Source: Vicugna vicugna (taxonomy: Eukaryota). From it: a stretch of DNA of 64,000 nucleotides. The position numbers and the translations under genes are program-made. The notes beneath the pieces were generated by a model. The model did no database searches and was not told where the DNA came from. It saw only the letters and a list, made by a program, of their open reading frames with translations. Shown in pieces: positions 12,760 through 22,978 of this stretch (the stretch's first letter is position 1; every line of letters begins with the position of its first letter). Location of the stretch: assembly GCA_013265495.1 (NCBI GenBank), contig MU058584.1, positions 1,586,616 to 1,650,615 on the forward strand. Direction: 5' to 3'.

Positions 12760-13686
12760 TGACGACACGACTCCAGCACGTGACCCTGCCAAGCACTGGC
12801 CTACGCAGCTCAGATCCTAAGGCACTGAAGCAGATCAGAATATGCCACTCCAAAACGTGCCACGTTGGCATAATGATTATTTGGGGCTAAAGGCATTTAA
12901 GGAGCAGCAAAGGCAGAATGATCTCTTCGCCCTCCACCTATCTGCCTAAAAGCAGGACACAGATTTCCTTTTGGGAAGCGGATGCCCCTCCCTTCTCCTG
13001 CACCAAGAGAACCACCAGCATCCTGGAGACGGAAAGAGGGCACCAAGGTGGGTCTGCACAAACGCACCTACTAAAAGAATCCTCATCTTCCATTCGTTTC
13101 CTACATACACTTACCTTCTCACAGTTTACCGTCCCTCGAAGCACAAATCACTTTTCCTTTGTCTTGTCCTTTCTTCATAAATGTTTCACCCTCTGTTAAG
13201 ATGGTATATGGGCCCCCAATTCCAACCAGCTCTTAGAATTACTCATCACCGAGTTCTCCACATGTATGCACACTGTCCACGTATATAAATTCTGGTGTTT
13301 TTTGTTTGTTTGGTTTTTGCGTTACCTCCTGTTAATCTGTCTTTTGTGAGTCTAATCACAGACCCTAGCCTCTGAACCTAAGAGAGTTCAGGGGAAACAA
13401 AAATTTTTTTTTCTTCCCTTACAGGACCAAAGGGAGGATGAAACAAAGAGTATTACTGTTAACATAGGAGATAAAATACTGAAGCCTGTACTCTGTCTAT
13501 GGAGTGTGTATCTGCTTTTACTGTAAACTAAACACCCAACACCTCTTGACCTCTCTCCCTCTTGCCTTTTGAGACGGCCCACATTCTGTCATGGAGCGTG
13601 CATCTCTCTAGATAAACTTGCTTTCACTTTACTGTGCCTCGCTCTTGAATTCTTTCCTGCGCGAGGCAAGAACCTATTCTCTGGCA
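12760..13686 (+). mobile_element. ERV1-type LTR (host), apparently split by a MER34-like LTR
   Basis: The 3' part (13424-13686) has gataaacttgctttcactttactgtgcctcgctcttgaattctttcctgcgcgaggcaagaacc, typical of ERV1 LTR R/U5. The 5' stub (12760-12825) is inferred. Confidence 0.5.
12826..13423 (+). mobile_element. MER34-like ERV1 solo LTR
   Basis: TG...CA termini. Starts tgaagcagatcagaatatgccactccaaaa and ends ttttcttcccttaca, as in MER34/MER39. Flanks gcac/ggac are a possible 4-bp TSD with one mismatch. Confidence 0.8.
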
Positions 13687-15489
13687 ATAATTATATATAA
13701 AGTGGTGAGGGAAAAGAAGATGCAGGAATTTTTATTTTAGTGACAGGAGCACAGAAGGCGGTGTCCATTCCTCAGCTCAATAGGCAGTGAAGAGTTCAAA
13801 CAACAGCGGGGGAAGGTGACTAAGACAAAGAGAAGGTGTAACAGAAGCAGAGGCCAAAACTGGAAAACTGTTGCAAAAGTTGAATTAGGAACATTGATCC
13901 AAGCCACCATTTCCATGCCCCCATCCCCAAATTTTGGTTTGAATCTACTATAAAATTATATACTACCTGTGATTTCATAAAAAAAAATGATCCAAACCAC
14001 CCACCTCAGCAATATGATCTATTTAATTTGCTTTAAACGATCTTATTAAAACTAGAGCAGAGAGCATGAAAACGCACCAGCATTAGAATTTCTCCACAAT
14101 CCAGAATCTTGAAGCACAGATCTTAAAGAAATTACCCTTACTGAGAAAGGTCAAAAGTTCCACCATTTGTTTGTTGTTTGTTTGTTTGTTTGACAGCAGG
14201 AAAAAAAAAGTGGAAGATGATCTTGTGGATCTTAATTTCATAGGGTTGGACATCTTGGCCCCTGTGTACCTCGAGGTTTTTGCTTTGAAAAGTCAGCAGC
14301 GTCCTCAGTGCCCCTCCAAGACAGAGGGCTCAGCTCCCGGCCCCTCCCCACCTCCAAGCCTGGTGTTTGTATGGAATAATGAGTCCCATAAGCTCGGGCC
14401 TGATAATGCTTTTATAATGTAAAGGATGAAAGCCAAGTAAAGTAGATTTGTGCATCCCTCTAATGAAAAGTTGGCCCGTCTGTTTTTATCAGCCTAATGA
14501 AGCCCCTACCCCATTCTCTGGCCCAGTGTAGGCCTCACAATGGAGACAGTGAGTTCTCTCCAGCGCGGCTCCTCCGCAGATGCTATCTGCCAGCTCTCTT
14601 CGCAGAAGAGTTCATTTTAAAGGGATCCTGGCTTGATTAAGGCTTTGTGAGCCTCCCAGCCTCATTACAAATCAATGGAGATGAACTGAGTGCTTAATAC
14701 TCAAAAGCCAAGCTAACAAAAGCTGACTTATTACAAGCTAAAGGCCTGGGACTCTCCTGGGTGTTTCAGCTTTGTTTTATTTTGTATCTCAGCCTCCTCT
14801 CCCTGCTCCTCTGCCTGGCCACCCCCAACCCAACCCAGATTCAGCGGCAATATTCAAGCGCCTCATCTTAGTCCTTATTAACCCCCATCTAAAATCGCAA
14901 CCTCTAGAAGAATAATGTATCTTACTGGAGAGCAGCCTCCGTGTGACCAACATGAGTTTTCTGAGCGACAGGGAAGAGGTCCTCTCCCCTTTGTCATGGA
15001 ACTTTCCCCTTTCACAGAGAAATAATGGTCCCAGTATCTTCTGGAAACTCTTCTGCTTACTGTTTCCCACACTCATGCCCTTAGCAGACACACCAGCGCA
15101 GAATGGCAGAGGGAAACTGGAAATATTTGACTGACTATCCTTGAAGAAAAGGCCGGAGTTGGCATAAACCTCCTCCCAGGTCCTTCAGTGCTTACAGGCA
15201 CCTCTTCTCTGCCTGTCTCTCTCTGCATCTCTCTCCTCCGAGAACAAGTTGCACGTAGAGTGTTTGTCTGCTTCATCCTCAGAGACAGGAAGGTGCTGGA
15301 ATTGTAGTTAGGTAATGAGAAGCCCCCTATGGCGAGGGAAAAACCACCCCAAACAAAGGAAGTTTCAAACGCCACCGTAAAATCAAGCCTCGTTCTCGTA
15401 AAGAGCGTGGAGCTGCTCCTTCTCTGAGAAAGACTGGAAGGTTCCATCCTTCTGCAATACAGCTCCCTTGTCTTTTCCTGCAGAAAGGG

Positions 15490-15735
15490 TAACAGTAAAC
15501 ATTTTGTAAATTTATTCTGTCTCATTCTTGTTGTTAAGCACTTTACGTGCAGTAAGTCATTTAATCATCGCAGTAATTCTATGAAAAAGGTTTGATTAAT
15601 ATTTGCACTTTACCAATGTGGGAACAAGAAAAAAAAAAAAAAGAAATACGCATCTTTTCCAAGTTACACACTTAGTGCGCAGGGACTGAGTTAAAATCCA
15701 GGTCTCGCTGTGACTCCAGACCCTGTGAGCTAAAT
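15490..15735 (-). mobile_element. MIR SINE
   Basis: tcatttaatcatcgcagtaattctatg...ccaagttacacacttagtg...aatccaggtctcgctgtgactccaga. Confidence 0.6.
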
Positions 15736-17712
15736 CACTGCACTGATTCACCTCCAGATGGAGTTGGGGGAGGGGGGAAACTTAAAAAAAAAAAGAAAAG
15801 ATTTTGCTGAACTGAATTAAACCCAGTGGAGGCTCTGCGTATGCAGCAACCGCAGTTTATAAACGGTCGCATTCTGTTTTCCACCTTCCTGCCCTTCTCT
15901 CCATTGCATTCCCTGTGGTTCCCTGCACCGTGGAACCTCCGTTTCTCCAGCTGGAAGGACCCAGACTTGGGCGTCAGATGCACCAGATTTAAACCCTGGA
16001 TCCTTCGGTTACCAGTTGAGTGTCCTAATGTTGGTGAGGTCCCATTTCCACAACTGAAAAAAATGAAGCTAGGGTCACGTGAAGATTAAACGTGACAACA
16101 TGTAAAATGCATTTAAGAAATGCTTCCTCCTTGACTCTTTGTCTCAAGATCCTTTTCCCTTCTCCTCAAACTCTCCAAAAGAAGGTCCGCTAAATAATCC
16201 ACAATAATGGCTTCTATAGCTTAACGCGCTGCTTCTCCCCAGGTGCAATCGTTCTTTAGCAGATCAGAATGCTTTAGGACAGAAAATGGATCTTTAATTA
16301 TGGAATTAGATTTATTGGGAGTGGTAGGTTCTACACATTGAAATCTTTCCAAAGAAATAGGTGTCATCCATCATTTATGGATAGATAATAGACTTACAAT
16401 GAATCTCAAAACTTTGAAACCTTTTTTTTTTTATGTTATTAAACATAATGTAGTAACATCAACACCTACACAAGCCAAGCGAAAAAGTAGAGATGTTTCA
16501 CAAATGCCCAACTGTGGTTTCTTCATCTGGAAATCTGAACTCCATCCCACACACTCAGTCACTCAGTTCTTTTCCTTTTTCCCTCACACAAAGATTTAGA
16601 GATTCTTAACCGCTGACCACACCAAAGAAGAGCAGCTTCAAAGTACAAGCTGCTTAGCAACAAATGGCAATGGTAGAAATTGTCACAGATTACATGTTGT
16701 CATGGAATTATTTTCTCCAATCGCTTTTTAAACTGCAAATATGTCAAGGCACAAACCTACACAGCTCTTCGACAGCTGTGAGTTCCAAAGGGATTTCTTC
16801 CTGGAATTTTGGTACTTGGTCACTACCCTTCATGACATGCATGCTGTGTTGTTCATGACAAATTAAAACTTCAGCAGCCAATTGACTTTCTCCAATTCAA
16901 GTCCAGAACCAAGCTCCTTGAGAAATTCTTCCTTTCTGACCCCAGAGTATGATTATTCCCTCTGGAAAAAAATATTTGCCTCTTGGGAAGTTCATGGGCA
17001 AAGCAAATTCAGTTCCACGCATGGGACAATGTCCCGTGGTGAGTTATTGCACTGCAAGCACTGGGCATTGCTCAGGGATCAGGCCTGGATCAGGCAAGGA
17101 GCATCTGGCAGGCCAGGGCAACAGAGGCCTTTGGTCTCTGCTTCCACTCCCAGCTCACTGCTCAGTTTAATTTATTCATTCAGCAATATCTATTGAGCAA
17201 CCACCATTTGCCAGCTCTTCAAGGTGGGTCCAATTAGAATTCCACTGAAGCTCGGCCTTACCAAGTGGTCTGCAGCTGTCAGGAGAGCTGGGTGTGCAGA
17301 CCAAGACCCAGGGAGCACCTGCAGCTGCTCCGCGGAGAGAAAGGTGCAGAGGATTCTGGGGCAAGTGCCCGGGGGAGCCTGACAAACGGTTTTAAGGAAT
17401 CCTGACTCTACTCAAACACTAATGTCCTTGTCCTTTTAGGGAGCTGTTTAGATAAAAGGAGGAAGAGCTAAACTTGAGGTCTTTTTTTTTTTTAAGTTTG
17501 TTTTGCTGCTTTTGTTTGTTCCTTTGTTGTATTTTGTTTGCTTTTGTTTTAATACAAATGTCTTCTATACATATGTTATTGATATCTACACAACTGACTG
17601 TCTAATTTTTTGATCATTAATTTCTGCCTTTGGGAAAAGAGAGAACCAATTTAAACCATTTAAATAAAGGAGGTGAATGGTGCCAAAGGGGAACAACAAA
17701 GAAGTGATGATA

Positions 17713-17850
17713 GGGGGAGGGTATGGCTCAGGGGTAGACCACATACTTAGCATGCACAAGGTCCTGGGTTCAATCCCCAGTACCTCCATTAAATAAATAA
17801 ATAAACCTAATTACCTCCCCCTTTAAAAATAAAAGGAAAGATATTAAAAA
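17713..17850 (+). mobile_element. Vic-1-type tRNA-derived SINE (camelid)
   Basis: gggggagggtatggctcaggggtag (A box), gtcctgggttcaatccccagtacctcc (B box), then aaataaataaacctaattacctccccc and an A-rich tail. Confidence 0.9.
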
Positions 17851-17909
17851 ACAAAAGACCATAGCTATTACATTATGTTCCCTGCCTTGCAGTGATCATT
17901 TGACTTTTT

Positions 17910-18170
17910 TAAATAATTTTTTAATTTTTAAAATTTTGAGTACTCTTAGTTTTACAAAACAGTTGCAAAGATAGTACAAAGAGTTCCAGTGTACTTTTTA
18001 TTGAAGTTTCCCCTAATGTTAACATCTTAAATAACCACAGTACATATCTCAAAACAACGATACAGTACTGTTAACTAAACAACAGTCTTTATTACAATTT
18101 CACCACTTTTTCACTCTTTTTTTTTTTTGCTTCCGGGATTTAATCTACCATACCATATTGCATGTAAGAC
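17910..18170 (-). mobile_element. Old L1 (L1MC/L1MD-like) 3' end
   Basis: tttacaaaacagttgcaaagatagtacaaagagttcc...ccctaatgttaacatcttaaataaccacagtaca resembles a reversed L1M 3' UTR. Confidence 0.65.
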
Positions 18171-18339
18171 ACCTTTAAAATTATTAGTAGTATTGCTAAA
18201 TATTAAATTTAGATTTCTGACATCCCCGTAAGCTGGAAAATATAAGCAACTCACTCTTAACTTCGATTGAAACTTTCTTTCTAACTAAGAATCAACATGT
18301 TAACTATGGATAAGCTTATTAGATTATTGCCAATGAGAT

Positions 18340-18796
18340 TGTTGCAGCAAAGTGTGTTACAGCTCAGTGTGACAGCAACCTGGATCCTGCTGAGAGACCA
18401 AACAGCACTCAGAGGGTTGGAGAACTCAGATTTATTATACTGACAGGCCCAGAGGAGTTAACGCTCCAAGCTCTGGACCCCATCTGTAGGTTTACACAGG
18501 CTTTTATAGGCTGCCAGTTTAGACTTTGCAACATCATATGCAAATAAAGTGTAACAAAGTGGGCCAATCAGGAATGAGCTTTATGCAAATGAGGTGTTAG
18601 AAATGGACCAATCAGGAGTGAGCTTCAGGAACCAATAGAATCTTAAGAGTAAGTTCCGCTTTCCTAGAAGCAAGCCATTTTACAGAAGCAAAAAGCAAGA
18701 TAATGCTGCCAGGCCAGGGAACCAGATGGCGCTTGTGGGAAAGTAGTGGCCCTGCCTGGGGGTCCTGCTGGTCTTTTCATGGGGCTTCCCACCTCA
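18340..18796 (-). mobile_element. ERV1 solo LTR, relatively young
   Basis: TG...CA termini with flanks agat/ggat (4-bp TSD, one mismatch). On the minus strand, TATAAAAG near 18501-18508 precedes AATAAA near 18431-18436. U3 carries CCAAT and octamer repeats. Confidence 0.8.
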
Positions 18797-19299
18797 GGAT
18801 CTATTAAAGTAGGAAGGAGTAGAAAAGACTTCTTATAACAGGACATACTTTTAGTCATTTAAAAATTGTTGCATTGATCATTGTGCCCTTAGAGCACAAA
18901 TGGGCTAGAAATTATGCTTATGGTTAAAGGCTACCTTGCAAAATCAACATGTGGTTATGGATAAAATTTCAAATGTAAACACAAATGTACTTTTCTTCTG
19001 TCCTTTGTCAAGGAAAAGTTAAACTTGTCCTGATACAGTTGGCCACTGCTATCAAGGCACATTTGTCTGTTACTTTATAAGAAATTAGAACATTTCCAGT
19101 ACATATTTCAGGAAATAATTTAATAAAAAGTTTAAATGGTATTAATGCCCAGATAAACCAATGCTTCAGAGCAATGGCTACAACCAGATGACTATACAAC
19201 CTACTGAAATATCTCAGTTCCTAATTTTCTTTATCCAAGGCATTTATAAATCTTCCTTCTGATCAGCTTCTTACTCTTGGCTCTACTTCCAGGGTGAAA

Positions 19300-19301
<2 letters not shown>

Positions 19302-19337
<36 letters not shown>

Positions 19338-19339
19338 CT

Positions 19340-19375
<36 letters not shown>

Positions 19376-19406
19376 CAGGTTTAATTTTTTTTTTTTTTTT
19401 TTTTTT
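19302..19406. repeat. Three adjacent poly-T runs (T31, T33, T22)
   Basis: Runs at 19302-19332, 19343-19375 and 19385-19406, separated by 10 and 9 nt spacers. Confidence 0.95.
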
Positions 19407-20149
19407 GGTTTTGATCTCTCTGAATTCAGTGTTGGTATTTGTCTTCCCAGCTTGATCCTCAAATTTCTCGTAAGGACTCAGCTCAGAATCAATCTATTAC
19501 TATCTTTTTTTTCTTTCTTTGGGTTACCCAGTGTACAAAATCTTGTATTACTGGGCCTTAAGGTCACACATTCCCAATTGTCCCCATTCCCATGGTCAAA
19601 CAAATCATGCTCCATGTTGCTATTTGATAACTTACAGTATAACATTGCCTGAAATAATGTGTCAGTGCTCTGTTGCAATCTGAAAGCAATTATCAGACTT
19701 GGCAACATTTCTTACAACAAAGGGAAATCCAACCTAACCACGCTATGTCTGTCAATTTCATTAATATGGCACCTCTGTTGCAAGTGGGAAGAGAATATTC
19801 TAATGGGTATCCTCTATCTGTTTGTGAAATTGAATGAGCATTCTAGTAGTATCAAAGAAGAATAGAAAAGGAAAGTGGAAAATAAAGCAAAATGGTGGAA
19901 AGAAGACAAAATATGGCATCAGCAATTTTCCCAGGAAGGGACTCTGTTAATTTGGGTCATTCCTATATTGAAAATATTGTTTAAAAAAAATAGTGTGACT
20001 CTTTTCTTTTTTAGCTCTCATGGGACGAATCTCTTAGCCCTTAAGTCATCCAGTCGTAAGTCTTGGGGGTCATATACCTTAGTCCTGAAGTAGCATTTTA
20101 GGCAGTCACAAGGGCCTCTGGTAATGCCAAACCCCTATGTATACTACGT

Positions 20150-22680
20150 GGGCTGCTCTCTGGACAGCATGAGCTTCCAAAAATTGATGGTGGGAGATAT
20201 TGTCTGGGTCTTCGGGCATAGGGATTACATGGGAGATGCCGCTTATAAGGCCAATGTTTTGATCTCGCAACTCAAGCTGTAGGACAGATCCAGAAATGGG
20301 GGTAGCAATTGACAGTTCTTGAAAATAGTGCTATTATTATAGGTTGATAGCAAAGTACGAAAACAAGAGCCATTGTGGCTGCAAACTAGAGGTCTGCAAA
20401 CAAAAGAGGTTTGGGGCCAAAGTGGAGGAGAGGGTTACAAATGGCTTTGTAGCATAAACACAGCTGGAGACATTTTATTTAAATGAACTGAAAGGGCAGC
20501 TTTTAAAAGCAAAGCTCATATTGAGATTCATAAAACTGCACCCATTGCAAAAGCCTTGGCCAGCAAGCACAGTAAAACATTCAGGACAGCTGGGGTCAAA
20601 GAGTCTTTCTCAAATATATTAAGGAAGAAAGGCGTACTAGAGAGAGAGTAGTCTGCTAATAAATCAGAAAAGGGATGAAAATCATGATAGCTCAAAAATG
20701 ACTGAGTTACTGAACTGACGTATGGTCGAAAAAATGGATGTTAGCAACAAAGCTAAGGAAAAGCAGTCTGGGTTATTAGAAAGCAATGAATACTTTGTAC
20801 ATATAAAGTAGCTATTGATGGAAAGCTCTATTAGAGAATATTTGAAAAATCGGAGACATAAATCAGTAGTGGAGGGAGGAAATATTCCTCAGCTCAAGCC
20901 AAAGATGATCTGGTCTTTTACCACGCGAGTGATGCTAACTGCAATTCTTACTGAAACAAAGGGGCGTTATCTGTCACTGTCCTAAAAAAAAGAGGTATGA
21001 AATCAAAACTAAAAAGCAATCATGAAGAAAAGAGGAGGGGTGTGGAAAACAAATTTTTGACAAAATTGTAAATGTTTGATGTCATGGAAATGGGGTACAT
21101 CCAATATGTTGGAGGAATAATTTCAAAGTTAGATATATGCCTTAGAGAGAAAAAGAGAAATTGACCAGTAATTTTGGAATATGCACTTCAACACGTCAGT
21201 TCCTTTTTGCTTAGAGGTAGGACACGTTGGAAATGTACTTACTATTTACAAGCCAGCTACAGGCCTTACGAAAGATCTTGGCCAAAACCCATGTTGAAGC
21301 CAGGGTTACACACCAACCTTCACAAGTCAAGGAATGTTCATTTGATGGTGACTAACAAAAGCCCTCATTCAAACTGGGTTCAAATTTAACCTAATGCCTT
21401 AAATGAGTGAAAGTTCTGGAAGTAGGGACAGGTAGAGGAGAGCTTGATGTGGGGTCCCAGTTTCTTTCGATTTCTTTGCTCTATTTTTTACCTGCTGTGG
21501 GATGCATCAAATGCCTGACTTCCCTGTGGATCCAAGGGAGCTGCCGCAGCTTCTGCAGCTAGAACTGTCCTCATTCACATCTGCAGAAGAGAGATACCTT
21601 CATCCCAGCGTCCCCAGAAGAAGTCCTGAAATTCATTCTGATTGAGCCACCTTAGGTCCTATTTCCAGTCTTGAAAGTATCTCTCTGGCCAGGATATGAG
21701 GGAAGAAAGCAGTGGAATGTCCTGACTTTGCCTAAATTATGTGCTTCGTTTCTGCAGCCAGAGGTAAATTCAGCCTCTCCGCATTCACGTGGATCTGGAT
21801 CTCAAAAGCAAACAGAAGCATTTTAGATAGGGCAGAGGTGGAAAGTTGTTGGAGGTCATTGCCAAACACCCACTAGAAGATTAAATAGAGAGAAGCGCAT
21901 CTTGAGATGCAAAGAGCTAAGAACAGCTAGACTCCTGTTGATTCCAGTACCCTTCGTGTCCAACCTCTAATCTTTCACCTATCTAAGTGGTCCTCTGACA
22001 AGAGTAGTGGGGCTGGCTAAACAAGCCAGCTTACAGGATTTATACCAGATATAACTGGAAGGGGAAATAAAGTTTCAGAACTTTAGGAAAGCTATGCCAA
22101 AGGTCATTGGTGGAAGATAGGTTGCAAATATGGAGAGATCTAGTCTAAACAAGAAAGGCTTGCTATCAGAGGCAGCAGAAGTAGAAGACAAGGATGGAGT
22201 CTGATGTTCTGAGCTGGATGGAGATGGGCCATCCAACTAATCCATACACTCACAGTGAGTTCTCTGATCCACATGGACTGCTGTAAACTCTCACGGTGTT
22301 CAGATCAGCGACCTCGGAACCTGCCGTATTCATTCCCATCATGCCTTCTCATTGATCTGGTTTCCACTGAACAGGTGCCATCTTCCGAGAGCCCGGAAAG
22401 TCGTTTTCATGTTTGGTTGGTGGATCGCTGGTTCTAGTGGCGAAGGCACCTGACAGGCGCTGTGCTGTGGCTGATAGAAGAGCAGGTCTTGGGCAATAGT
22501 TACTGAGGTTATCTTGTAAGGATCATTGTATGGCCAGCAAGAGTGGTCTACTTCTCAGTATTGGTTCTTGGTCAATGTATCAGGACAGCAGAAATGTTTT
22601 GAGCAGAAAGTCAAGTCTTATTAACTGTGACGAGATCACTGATAGAGCTGAAAGATTGGCTCGGTTATAAATGCATTGAT
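20150..22680 (+). mobile_element. Highly decayed CR1/L3-clade LINE ORF2 fossil, interrupted by an MLT1 LTR
   Basis: Collinear degenerate CR1 motifs on +: EPLWL (~20367), KAKAHIE-like (~20505), KYIKEERRTRERV (~20612), MTELLN (~20698), NFRKAMPK (~22079), WLVDR (~22414), WAIVTEVIL*GSLYG (22490-22534) and LIELKDW (~22640). Confidence 0.6.
21330..21875 (-). mobile_element. MaLR LTR, MLT1J/K-like
   Basis: cattcaaactggg...aagtcctgaaattcattctgattgagccaccttaggtc...tctctggccagg resembles reversed old MLT1. Confidence 0.55.
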
Positions 22681-22895
22681 TATGCTCTCTCCTATGCCTT
22701 GCTGTACATTGCCTTTAAATATGCAGCAATCTAGAGAAAAGCACCATAATACTGATACAATAAGTACTTCTAGAGATGTCATTTATTTTATAATTCTCAA
22801 AGGGAGGCCTTTGTATCTTATAGTACATTTATACATTTTTATGGAATTTTTTTCCTTATGAGGCTATATCAAAGTTTCACTATATGCAAACTTGT

Positions 22896-22978
22896 GGGGA
22901 GAGTATAGCTCAGGGGTAAAGCATGTGTTGAGCATTCATGAGGTCCTGGGTTCAATCCCCTGTACCTCCATTTAAAAA
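22896..22978 (+). mobile_element. Vic-1-type SINE, short form (tRNA head plus A tail)
   Basis: ggggagagtatagctcaggggtaaa...gtcctgggttcaatcccctgtacctccatttaaaaaaa. A 20-bp direct repeat aaagtttcactatatgcaaa lies at 22871-22890 and 22979-22998. Confidence 0.9.

Noticed and set aside
17713..17790. tRNA-Ala-like gene (also at 22896)
   Set aside because: Stems are degenerate, the tail is SINE-specific and A-rich, and the second copy has a TSD. These are Vic-1 SINEs, not tRNA genes.
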